Assembly: GCA_029782095.1 (NCBI GenBank)
Contig: JAKOVL010000223.1
Coordinates: 34,637-58,636 of the forward strand
Direction: 5' to 3'
From: Bacillota bacterium
GTDB taxonomy: Bacteria > Bacillota > Dethiobacteria > DTU022
DNA: 24,000 nt
Made by a program: the position numbers and the translations under genes
Shown: in pieces, positions 1 to 7,317 of the stretch
Layout: each line of letters begins with the position of its first letter
How positions within the stretch are numbered: the first letter of the stretch is position 1
The notes under the pieces: generated by a model
What the model was told of the DNA's origin: nothing
Databases searched by the model: none
The model's input: the letters and a program-made list of their open reading frames with translations, nothing else

Positions 1-1060
1 CTTTCCCGGCTAAGGCGAAAACCTTGGTGCCTTTGCTCTCTGCCGTGCCCATGGCGCTGAAGGCATCGGCTCCCTGGTGCAGGATGCGGGGCACGTTGGC
101 TAAAGTCTCCACGTTGTTGATGGAGGTAGGGCAGCCGAAAAGCCCTTTCTGGGCCGGGAAGGGCGGGCGGAAGCGGGGCATGCCCCGCTTGCCTTCGATG
201 GACATGAGCAGCGCCGTCTCTTCCCCGCAGACAAAAGCTCCAGCCCCCTCCCGGATGATAACCTTAAAACTAAAATCAGAGCCGAGAATGCGCTCCCCCA
301 GCAGGCCGCGCTCTTCTGCCTGGCGCAAGGCCAGTTTCAGCCTGCGGATGGCCAGGGGATACTCGGCCCGGATATAGACGTAGCCTACCGAGGCGCCGAT
401 GGCGTAACCGGCGATGAGCATACCTTCAAGAACGCTGTGCGTATCACCCTCGAGGATGCTGCGGTCCATGAACGCCCCCGGATCGCCCTCATCGGCGTTG
501 CACACGATATACTTTTGCTCTCCCGGCGCCTCGCGGGTGAAGCGCCATTTTAAATGAGTGGGGAACCCTGCGCCGCCGCGGCCGCGCAGGCCGGAGCGTT
601 CAATTTCGGCGATTACCTCCTGCGGCGTCATGGTGGTTAAGGCCTTGCGCAGCCCTTCGTAGCCGCCTGCGGCCATGTAGCTGTCTATATCTTCAGGGTC
701 AATATGACCGCAGTTTTTTAAAAGGATGCGATGCTGTTTTTCCAGGAAGGAGCGATCGTCGGCCTCAGCCCCCTCACCCAAAATGAGCAAATCCTTTACG
801 GGCCGGCCTTGCCGGAGATGCTCTTCCACGATCCGCCGGGCAGCGGCGGGATCCACCTTGCCGTAAAGATAGCTCCTGCCGCCCTCTTCGATTACCTCCA
901 CCAGGGGCTCAATATAACACATGCCGATACAGCCCGTCCGCTCTAGGGGCACCCCCGTATCTTTAAGCTCTTCCTGCAGCGCATCGTACACTTTAGCCGC
1001 CCCGCTGGCGATGCCGCAGGTGGCCAGCCCAACTTTAACGCGGTAGTTCTGCTCAGGCAC
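1..1060 (-). CDS. NuoF-like NADH-binding flavoprotein subunit (HydB/HndC-type, with an N-terminal thioredoxin-like 2Fe-2S domain). Partial: the C-terminus runs off the left edge of the window.
   Basis: My translation of the minus strand is open from 1060 to position 1. It reads VPEQNYRVKVGLATCGIASGA...GCIGMCYIEP (2Fe-2S thioredoxin-like), then GLRGRGGAGFPTHLKW, IVCNADEGDPGAFMDR and GAGAFVCGEETALL (NuoF FMN/NADH motifs). The GTG at 1060 follows a GGGGAGGGTG SD by 5 nt and overlaps the upstream stop (GTGCCTGA). It is absent from the ORF track because it is edge-truncated. Confidence 0.85.
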   Translation of the reverse strand, partial: MPEQNYRVKVGLATCGIASGAAKVYDALQEELKDTGVPLERTGCIGMCYIEPLVEVIEEGGRSYLYGKVDPAAARRIVEEHLRQGRPVKDLLILGEGAEADDRSFLEKQHRILLKNCGHIDPEDIDSYMAAGGYEGLRKALTTMTPQEVIAEIERSGLRGRGGAGFPTHLKWRFTREAPGEQKYIVCNADEGDPGAFMDRSILEGDTHSVLEGMLIAGYAIGASVGYVYIRAEYPLAIRRLKLALRQAEERGLLGERILGSDFSFKVIIREGAGAFVCGEETALLMSIEGKRGMPRFRPPFPAQKGLFGCPTSINNVETLANVPRILHQGADAFSAMGTAESKGTKVFALAGK

Positions 1061-1598
1061 CGGCGCACCCTCCCCTGCCTTCTTCTTTTTGTGCTGACTG
1101 CTTGCGGGTCGCCTTGATAATTTTTTTCACTTTATCCGGCGTGAGGCGCCCAAATGTTTCGTCATTGATCGTAATCACCGGGGCCAGGCTGCAGCAGCCC
1201 AGGCAGGCCACCTTTTCCAGGGTGAACTTGCCGTCAGGGCTGGTCCGCCCGGCGGGCGCCTTCGTTTCAAGCTGCAGCGACTCCGTGATCTTCTCCGCGC
1301 CGGCCAAATGGCAGGCGGTGCCGTGGCAGACCTGGATCAGGTTTTCTCCGATGGGCTCGAGGCGGAACTGGGCATAAAATGTGGCAATGCTGTACAGTTC
1401 GCCCACCGGGAGACCCGAAAAATCCGCCGCCCGCTGCAGCATCTCCGGTGAGATATAGCCGAAAGCATTCTGAATATCCTGCAAAATGGGAATAGCGGCG
1501 CCCTTTTGGGCACTGTGGCGCCGCACAATCTCGTTAAGGGCGAAGAGAGGCTGTTCCCTGGCCAACTTTTTTAAATCTTTCTGCCTTTCTCCTTCCAA
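1053..1598 (-). CDS. NuoE-like 2Fe-2S ferredoxin subunit (HydC/HndA type, 24-kDa subunit family)
   Basis: 181-aa ORF with IPILQDIQNAFGYI, VCHGTACHLAG and ACLGCCSLAP cysteine motifs typical of NuoE. TTG start, with an AAAGGAG SD 10 nt upstream. Translationally coupled to the NuoF-like gene. Confidence 0.85.
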   Translation of the reverse strand: MEGERQKDLKKLAREQPLFALNEIVRRHSAQKGAAIPILQDIQNAFGYISPEMLQRAADFSGLPVGELYSIATFYAQFRLEPIGENLIQVCHGTACHLAGAEKITESLQLETKAPAGRTSPDGKFTLEKVACLGCCSLAPVITINDETFGRLTPDKVKKIIKATRKQSAQKEEGRGGCAGA

Positions 1599-1660
1599 GA
1601 GGCATCAGCTCCTTTAAATCTCAAATCCCTGTCCTCCTGTCTCAACTTCCCGCACCATTG

Positions 1661-1929
1661 CTCTCCCCTGCCAGGGGCTCTTAGAAGTTAGAGGTTAGAG
1701 GTCGGAGGTTAGAATAAAAACCTTCTTCTGGCTTTTGGCTTCCCTCAATCCGTCCAAAATCTGGCTTTCCGGTTGTTCCCCCTCCCCTGGTGGGAGAGGG
1801 CTGGGGAGAGGGGGAAAATTCCAAAGCAGGGCGATCCCTAAAACGATCACCCCCTCCTCGACCCTCCCCGTCAAGGGGGAGGAGTTTTTAACCCCAGTTC
1901 CCGGCATTTCTTCTGGTTCCTGGATTCTA
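1661..1929 (-). repeat. Composite mosaic repeat, copy L1, in minus orientation. Modules read on the minus strand: H heptads 1929-1906, B nested palindrome 1884-1778, short C 1770-1725, A heptads 1713-1681, degenerate D hairpin 1680-1661.
   Basis: The reverse complement of 1681-1713 is TCTAACCTCCGACCTCTAACCTCTAACTTCTAA, matching the A modules at 10944, 19286 and 23297. The reverse complement of 1778-1884 aligns arm for arm with the B modules at 19321, 21102 and 23078. No ORF with a protein signature is present. Confidence 0.8.
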
Positions 1930-2027
1930 TTTCCCGAAACCAGTACATAACCTGCTTCTCTGCTACTCCTGTTTTCTAAAAGTATAACATTCTTGACCCA
2001 AAACAAAATCCCTTTTCTAGTGAAATT

Positions 2028-2984
2028 TTAAACGCACCCGGCTCGGGATCTCATTTTTCGCGCGGCCTGAACGGCGATGCCCACGGCATTGTCGGCGGAA
2101 AACGGCGCGGCGGCGAAGGCAATTTTCAAATCCGGCAGGGTTTGCGAAAGCGCTGTTTGCAGGCGCTCCCGGATATAGTTGTTGGCCGCCACCCCGCCCA
2201 CTACCAGGATCGCCTGGTAAGGCCCTGACCTGGAGGCATGGCTTAGCGCTTTGGCCAGCGAATCGGCAATACAGCGCTCCACGGCCCGGGCCAGCTCCGC
2301 GCTGGGGCAGCCTTTGGCCAGCAAGCGCTGGGCCTGGCTTTCCGGCCCGGAGAAGCTGATCTGCGCCCCTTTGACCGCCACCGGCAGGATGATGCTGCCA
2401 TCCGTTACTCCCTGGGCCAAACGCTCCAGCTGCGGGCCCGCCGGAAACGGCAGCCCCATGGCCACACCCACGCGGTCGACAAATTGTCCTGCATGCAAAT
2501 CGGTGCTGCCTCCCAGCTGCCGGATTGCCAGCGTTCCCGGGGGCGACTCCTCCACTGAGAGGATCTCGGTGGTGCCGCCGGAAAGGTGGGCCACCAGGAA
2601 GCGTCCAGGCGGCAGCCCGGCGGACCAGAGCCCCGCGATTAAATGGCCTTCCTGGTGCGACGAGGGCAAAAAAATAAGGCCCATTGTCTGCGCCGCAAAG
2701 AGGCCGAAAGCCTCGCTCACCTTAAATACAGGCATGTACGATCCTTCTACCGGGCGGGGGCGGGTTGCAGCCGCCACCGCTTCCAGGGAAGCGTTTTTCA
2801 GCTGTGCGGCCCCTTCAGCCCAGAGGCGGGGCAGGTTTTGCAGGTGGGCAAACACCGCCTCCGACTGGCGCAGTCCCAGGGCGCCTTCCTTGACGGGCAA
2901 GAGCAGCCTTTTTTCCCAGACCAGGCGCTCCTCCTGGTCCACCAGGGCTGCAGCAGTGGTGTAGGCTGACGTATCCAGTCCCAA
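2028..2984 (-). CDS. Kae1/TsaD-family (peptidase M22, ASKHA fold) protein; divergent TsaD paralog
   Basis: Motifs: GLDTSAYTTAAALVD (N-terminal ASKHA phosphate loop), SHQEGHLIAG (compare TsaD HMEGH), VVGGVAANNYIRERL and FSADNAVGIA. I place the start at TTG 2984, 9 nt after a GAAAGG SD and just after the nusB stop. The 3107 start in the ORF track would overlap nusB by 110 nt. Confidence 0.6.
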   Translation of the reverse strand: MGLDTSAYTTAAALVDQEERLVWEKRLLLPVKEGALGLRQSEAVFAHLQNLPRLWAEGAAQLKNASLEAVAAATRPRPVEGSYMPVFKVSEAFGLFAAQTMGLIFLPSSHQEGHLIAGLWSAGLPPGRFLVAHLSGGTTEILSVEESPPGTLAIRQLGGSTDLHAGQFVDRVGVAMGLPFPAGPQLERLAQGVTDGSIILPVAVKGAQISFSGPESQAQRLLAKGCPSAELARAVERCIADSLAKALSHASRSGPYQAILVVGGVAANNYIRERLQTALSQTLPDLKIAFAAAPFSADNAVGIAVQAARKMRSRAGCV

Positions 2985-2997
2985 AAAGAGGCGCCTT

Positions 2998-3414
2998 TCA
3001 ACTTTCCCGGCCAAGGGCTTCGCCCACCACCCGATCCAGCAGGCCGTTGATGAAGGCAACGGACTCCGCGGTACTGCCATATTTTGTGGCCAGTTCCAGC
3101 GCTTCATTTATGGAAACAGCCACCGGGATATCGGGCCGGTGTAAAATTTCAAACAAAGCCAGGCGTAATAGGTTCCTGTCCACCGCGGAGATGCGCTTCA
3201 GTTCCCAGTTAACCAGGTGTTTTTCAATGATCTCGTCAATGGCCTGCTTATGCTCGAGGGTGCCGTAAACCAGTTCATTGATAAACTGCATCTGCTCCGG
3301 GGTGAAGCTGTAACCTTCCGCGGCGTAATTGAGGGCCGGCCGGGGATGAGCATTCCCCACATCCACCTGAAATAAGGCCCGGAAAGCCACATCACGGGCA
3401 AGGCGACGGGACAT
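2998..3414 (-). CDS. nusB: Transcription antitermination factor NusB
   Basis: SRRLARDVAFRALFQVDV...NWELKRISAVDRNLLRLALFEIL...INEALELAK-like sequence is typical NusB. The ATG at 3414 has a GGGGGT SD 7 nt upstream. The alternative ATG is at 3429. Confidence 0.9.
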   Translation of the reverse strand: MSRRLARDVAFRALFQVDVGNAHPRPALNYAAEGYSFTPEQMQFINELVYGTLEHKQAIDEIIEKHLVNWELKRISAVDRNLLRLALFEILHRPDIPVAVSINEALELATKYGSTAESVAFINGLLDRVVGEALGRES

Positions 3415-3488
3415 TTGTACTACCCCCATACGTTAGTTGGATTTAGTAGTGCGGTTCTTATTCTCACTCAATACCTTTCTAGGGAACA

Positions 3489-3516
3489 CAGAATTCAGAA
3501 TCCAGAATACAGAATA
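3489..3516 (+). repeat. Perfect 7-nt tandem repeat, (N)CAGAAT x4, followed by an A8 run; H-type heptad module
   Basis: CAGAAT occurs at 3489, 3496, 3503 and 3510, an exact period of 7. It is preceded by TAGGGAAC, the same lead-in as the C/H modules (TAAGGGAACTAGAAGCCAGGA at 23201). Confidence 0.85.
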
Positions 3517-3528
3517 AAAAAAACATGT

Positions 3529-3974
3529 TTACTTTAGTGAAAGGCTTATTTTTGTTGCATAGGATTCCAAGAGTTTGCTCGTTTCTTCGAGCTTTAACAT
3601 CATATCTGTCGTGCTGCCGTAATGTAAATCGCCGGCTAAGATAAGATAATAGCGGCATTCTTCAGGGAACCCTGGGCTATGTTCAGGTAGTGTATTTTTT
3701 CTGCTTTACTTTTTTTCTTGAAACCTTCCGCTATATTGGCGGGGACGGAGACCGCTGCTCTGCGAAATTGAGCAGTCAAACAAAACTCTTCATTCCTGGG
3801 AAAACCACTGGTATACTGGTAAACATCCAAAACAATCGGTGTGCTTTTTGCCAGACTACCAGATCCTGAAAACTTTTTGCCGACCTGTTCATTTTCCTCA
3901 TTTCCCGCAAGCTGCAAAATTTCAAATCCGCTTTTTATCTTTTGTTCTGAATTCTGGGTTCCCTTAATCGGCAA
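3529..3974 (-). pseudogene. Four-helix-bundle protein gene (23S rRNA intervening-sequence protein family, PF05635-like) with a frameshift
   Basis: Frame 1 reads ...FPRNEEFCLTAQFRRAAVSVPANIAEGFKKKSKAEKIHYLNIAQGSL, then stops at 3636. A shift of one base at about 3662-3665 continues as EECRYYLILAGDLHYGSTTDMMLKLEETSKLLESYATKI, ending at TAA 3529-3531. That is the expected C-terminal helix of this family. A sequencing error cannot be excluded. Confidence 0.7.
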
Positions 3975-4029
3975 AACTTCACATAAGCATATACTGCGCT
4001 ATAATGGCATAACTTATCATCCATACGTC

Positions 4030-4260
4030 CTACAGTTCATCCTTATGGCCGAAGATCTTTTCCAGCCACTGGCGCAGGCCTTTGTTCGCGTCCAGGCGCC
4101 AGCCGATAAAGATGCCGACAGCCACACAAAAGTAGATGAACACCGCCCACCAAAATGATTTCAAGGTGATCACCAGGATCGCAAAAATCAGGCCGAGCAG
4201 CCCGCCCAGCAGCTTTCCCCAATGCTTGCTCATTAGGGTCCACCAGTTCAGTTCGGTCAC
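4030..4260 (-). CDS. DUF2273 small integral membrane protein
   Basis: 76 aa with two TM helices (WGKLLGGLLGLIFAILVI...AVFIYFCVAVGIFIGW). It lies downstream of asp23/amaP, as is usual in Firmicutes. GTG start. Confidence 0.75.
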   Translation of the reverse strand: MTELNWWTLMSKHWGKLLGGLLGLIFAILVITLKSFWWAVFIYFCVAVGIFIGWRLDANKGLRQWLEKIFGHKDEL

Positions 4261-4273
4261 GGCGCTCTCCCCC

Positions 4274-4825
4274 CTAGTTGGGCCGAATTTTCTTGGAAGG
4301 CACCTGGTCCAGGATAATATTTTCCACCAATACTCTTACTTCGTGGACCACGAGTCCCGTAATTTGCTCCAGGTAGCCTTTCACTTTTTCCTGCAGCTCG
4401 GATACCAGGCCGGGCAGTTCCAGGTCGGGCATTACTTTGATCTTAACCTGAACGACCAGTCCTTCGGGGGTTGGATAGACGCGGCGACCGCCGTCTTTAA
4501 CCCCCTGAATCTGCTGAACCACCCTTAAAACCATATTTTCCATGGCCACAATGGTGATGCGGATTTCACCCAGCGCGCTGGTTTGCAGAACCGAATCGGG
4601 GACAGGCTTCCCGGTGCTGCGCAAACCCAGAGACAACAGGATTACAGCGACCAGCAGCAGTCCGCCTCCCACAACAGCCGCAACCGGATCACCGGCCAGC
4701 GCGAATAAGCTTGTCCTCAGGCCTGGCTCTTGCACCAGGCCAAAAACAAGGGCCAGCGCCAGCAGCCCTGCTGCGGCAAGCAATAATCCCAACAAGACAA
4801 GGAACAGCCTTGCTGCGCTGCTCAT
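4274..4825 (-). CDS. amaP: Alkaline shock response membrane anchor protein AmaP
   Basis: N-terminal double TM segment followed by GEIRITIVAMENMVLRVVQQIQGVKD. It sits immediately downstream of the Asp23-family gene. Confidence 0.7.
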   Translation of the reverse strand: MSSAARLFLVLLGLLLAAAGLLALALVFGLVQEPGLRTSLFALAGDPVAAVVGGGLLLVAVILLSLGLRSTGKPVPDSVLQTSALGEIRITIVAMENMVLRVVQQIQGVKDGGRRVYPTPEGLVVQVKIKVMPDLELPGLVSELQEKVKGYLEQITGLVVHEVRVLVENIILDQVPSKKIRPN

Positions 4826-4848
4826 GTTTGAGAGAACCCTCCTTCAGG

Positions 4849-5265
4849 TTATTTTAACTCTCTGGCGGGGGCGCTCTCCTCTGCTTCCTTGTCTGTGTCG
4901 TCTTTGGGGAAACTGACCCCCTGCACGTGGACGTTTACCTGCAGCACCCGCAGCCCGGTCATCGTCTCCACCGCTTTTTTGACATTCTCTTGTATTTCCC
5001 AGGCAACATCGGGAATACGCACCCCGTACTTAATCACGATAAATATATCTATCTTGGTTTCTTCCGTGCCCACCTCTACCTTGACGCCCTTGGACAGGTT
5101 GCGCCGCCCCAGGACTTCGGCGATACCGCCGGCAATCCCGCCGCTCATGGCAGCTACTCCCTCTACTTCCATCGCCGCCAGTCCGGCGATGGTTGAGACC
5201 ACGTCATCGGCAATGCGAATGGTTCCAATATCCGAAGGCAACGCCCGTCCTGTTTCCGACATCAT
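4849..5265 (-). CDS. Asp23/Gls24-family envelope stress protein
   Basis: IRIADDVVSTIAGLAAMEVEGVAAMSGG...VKVEVGTEETKIDIFIVIKYGVRIPDVAWEIQENVKKAVETMTGL is the Asp23 (DUF322) signature. GGAGG SD lies 7 nt upstream. Confidence 0.9.
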   Translation of the reverse strand: MMSETGRALPSDIGTIRIADDVVSTIAGLAAMEVEGVAAMSGGIAGGIAEVLGRRNLSKGVKVEVGTEETKIDIFIVIKYGVRIPDVAWEIQENVKKAVETMTGLRVLQVNVHVQGVSFPKDDTDKEAEESAPARELK

Positions 5266-5360
5266 GAAAAAACCTCCTCTTGGATTGATCTCTTAAGCAT
5301 AACTCCGCAAACCGCTGCCAGGGTAAGCTTAAACCCCTGTAAACACAATATTTATGCTTT

Positions 5361-5389
5361 ATTATACCAAAGTGTGGCATCCAGTTCAA
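5361..5389 (-). promoter_or_regulatory. Sigma-A-type promoter for the asp23-amaP-DUF2273-(nusB) unit
   Basis: The minus strand reads TTGAAC (5389-5384), a 17-nt spacer, then TGgTATAAT (-10 at 5366-5361 with an extended TG). It lies about 95 nt upstream of the asp23 ATG. Confidence 0.6.
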
Positions 5390-5408
5390 TTTGGCATTTT
5401 GCCGCCTT

Positions 5409-5939
5409 CTAATAACGGGAGATAACCTGGATCTCTTCTTTGTCCACGCCGGCTACCCCGGCCACTGTTTCAGTAATCTGAACAAATTCCCTTTCGCTTA
5501 GCTCCTGCTTTTTTACCATGACTGTGGCGATGCGGTTGCGGTAAAAAAAGATGGCATCCTCGTAACCCTGCGCTTTGATCATATTCTCGATGAGCAGTTC
5601 CTGCTCCATCAGCTTGACCAGCTCAATAAGCATATTTTCCGCTTCTTCCTTGGCTGCTGCGCTGGCATTGGGATTGTTAATGATATCTTCCAGCATCTCC
5701 ATCTCCTGGGCCCTAACCCGGTCACGCTGCAGGCGGTATTCGATAAAGAAAGCTCCGCCTTCATCGTAGCCCCAATCACCGTCCTCGGCCATGCCCGTGA
5801 GGACTTCCTGCAGCTCGTCGTCTAAAAGCACATCATAACTGGTCTGCCGCTCCCGCTCCAGCCCGCTGATAACCCAGGCGGTGACCCCGGCAAGCAGCAG
5901 CAGCAAGGCAATCCACAGCGTTTTCTTGGACCGCTTCAC
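5409..5939 (-). CDS. spoIIIAH: Stage III sporulation protein AH
   Basis: N-terminal TM segment, FFIEYRLQRDRVRAQEMEMLEDIINNPNAS..AKEEAE coiled region, C-terminal YscJ/FliF-like fold region, and last position in the spoIIIA operon. The GTG at 5939 has a GGGAG SD 9 nt upstream. The ORF-track start at 5948 abuts the SD. Confidence 0.85.
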   Translation of the reverse strand: MKRSKKTLWIALLLLLAGVTAWVISGLERERQTSYDVLLDDELQEVLTGMAEDGDWGYDEGGAFFIEYRLQRDRVRAQEMEMLEDIINNPNASAAAKEEAENMLIELVKLMEQELLIENMIKAQGYEDAIFFYRNRIATVMVKKQELSEREFVQITETVAGVAGVDKEEIQVISRY

Positions 5940-6016
5940 CCTAACCACTCCCTTCTTGATTTAAGAATTGCTCCAAGGCCTGCGCCATGAGGCACAAAGC
6001 AGGATCCCCGGCGCGT

Positions 6017-6607
6017 CTAATTCCCCCGGGGCAGAACGGTAATGCGGTGGTACGGCAGGTTCAGAACAGCCCGCAGCGCTTCCACCACGCTGGCTCTAAC
6101 CGCCGGATCTTCCACCCCGTCGGCCACTACCAGCACGCCGCGATAGCGGGGCTGGTTTTCGCGCACCACCAGGGGGACCTCCCTACCCTGAGCGTCACGG
6201 AGGATCACATGGGTCAGCCGTGATGTATCTTCGATAATCTCCCGCGTTCCGCCCCCGCTGTCCTGCTCGACGGTCTGCCGCCGCGTCTGCTCCCGGTCAT
6301 AGGCCAGCTCCGCCCTCCCGGAATCTTCCAGGGTAAGGCGCACCGCCGCATTATTGACGCCTCGGATCTGGTTCAACAGCGCCGCCAGCTCCTGCTCCTG
6401 TACATCGGGCGGCACAACTTCCATTGCCGGAGGTGCGGCATGTTCCATGGGAGCAGCCCTGTCATTACTGCAGCTTAAATACGAATTAAAGGTAATCAAA
6501 GCAACCCCCAGGAGGAGCAAAAGCAACAACCTGGAGTTGTATTTTGAGCCGGCGCCGCCTTCGCCGGGCGACATAAACATTTTTTTCAGCCGCTCCAGAA
6601 AGCTCAC
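6017..6607 (-). CDS. spoIIIAG: Stage III sporulation protein AG
   Basis: C-terminal PRYRGVLVVADGVEDPAVRASVVEALRAVLNLPYHRITVLPRG is the SpoIIIAG signature. It has an N-terminal TM segment and a GTG start with a GGGGG SD. Confidence 0.9.
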   Translation of the reverse strand: MSFLERLKKMFMSPGEGGAGSKYNSRLLLLLLLGVALITFNSYLSCSNDRAAPMEHAAPPAMEVVPPDVQEQELAALLNQIRGVNNAAVRLTLEDSGRAELAYDREQTRRQTVEQDSGGGTREIIEDTSRLTHVILRDAQGREVPLVVRENQPRYRGVLVVADGVEDPAVRASVVEALRAVLNLPYHRITVLPRGN

Positions 6608-6680
6608 TTAAGATTCCCCCTTCACCTGACGCTACAAACCGCCGGCTGCCTGGCCCGGCACGCCGCAACAGCGGCGGCAT

Positions 6681-7289
6681 TTACTTTACCGTAACGCAGA
6701 CAATATCCGGCGAAACCTGGAAGCGCCGGGCCAGCTTTTGCTCCAGCACTTCCACCCGTACCTGTTTGCTAACTTCCGGCGCCTCTGTCCGCTCTGCTGC
6801 ACCGCCGGATGCGGTAATCGAAGCGATATCCACCGGCTCCACCGCGCCCCAGGCACCGCCGGCCGCCTGCACCTGCAGCTCCATGCCGTATATGGATCCG
6901 TAATTTTCCACATCCGGATTTTCCTCCAAAATAAAGCGGGCTGACACCAGCTGCCACTGCCCATCCGCTTCCACTTCTTCCCGGGCCAGCTGCTGCAGCG
7001 CTTCGCGATAAAGGGAGAGGGTCTGATCCCGGCTAACCCGGATGAGATCACTTTGCTGAAAGACCGCCAGGTCCGGAAGCGGACCCTGCTGCGGCAGCAG
7101 TGCAGCCACCGAAGGGCCCCGCCCCAGTAGCCCGGCCATAGCATTCACCACCAGCAAAATTACCACCAGGCCGGTAATGAGCCGGATGTAACGGTGATAC
7201 TGCCCCCGGGGCAGCAGCATCTCCAGCAGCACGTTTACAAACAGGATTACCAGCAGGTTCCGGGTAAGCTCGCCCAGCAAGGATACCAT
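6681..7289 (-). CDS. spoIIIAF: Stage III sporulation protein AF
   Basis: N-terminus LTRNLLVILFVNVLLEMLLPRGQYHRYIRLITGLVVILLVVN (two TM segments) is typical SpoIIIAF, and the operon position fits. Confidence 0.85.
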   Translation of the reverse strand: MVSLLGELTRNLLVILFVNVLLEMLLPRGQYHRYIRLITGLVVILLVVNAMAGLLGRGPSVAALLPQQGPLPDLAVFQQSDLIRVSRDQTLSLYREALQQLAREEVEADGQWQLVSARFILEENPDVENYGSIYGMELQVQAAGGAWGAVEPVDIASITASGGAAERTEAPEVSKQVRVEVLEQKLARRFQVSPDIVCVTVK

Positions 7290-7317
7290 GCTTCCACCCC
7301 AGATTTAATTATTCGCC

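Noticed and set aside
1695-2006. ORFs crossing the repeats (1695-2006 minus, 1735-1950 plus) that encode PLPSPLPPGEGE-like peptides.
   Set aside because: They are translations of the G/C palindromes. The same DNA occurs in intergenic spacers in varying frames, and there is no SD or conserved frame across copies.
2985-3107. The ATG at 3107 as the start of the TsaD-like gene.
   Set aside because: It would add a 41-aa Trp/Pro-rich extension that overlaps the nusB 3' end by 110 nt. The ASKHA N-terminal motif begins right after TTG 2984, which has its own SD.
3841-4260. ORFs 3841-4158 (+), 4043-4243 (-) and 4136-4528 (+) around the DUF2273 gene.
   Set aside because: They are shadow frames of the four-helix-bundle, DUF2273 and amaP genes, with no motifs.
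5204-5389. A 61-aa minus-strand ORF covering the asp23 promoter and leader.
   Set aside because: It overlaps the asp23 start out of frame and contains the promoter elements themselves. No SD is present.
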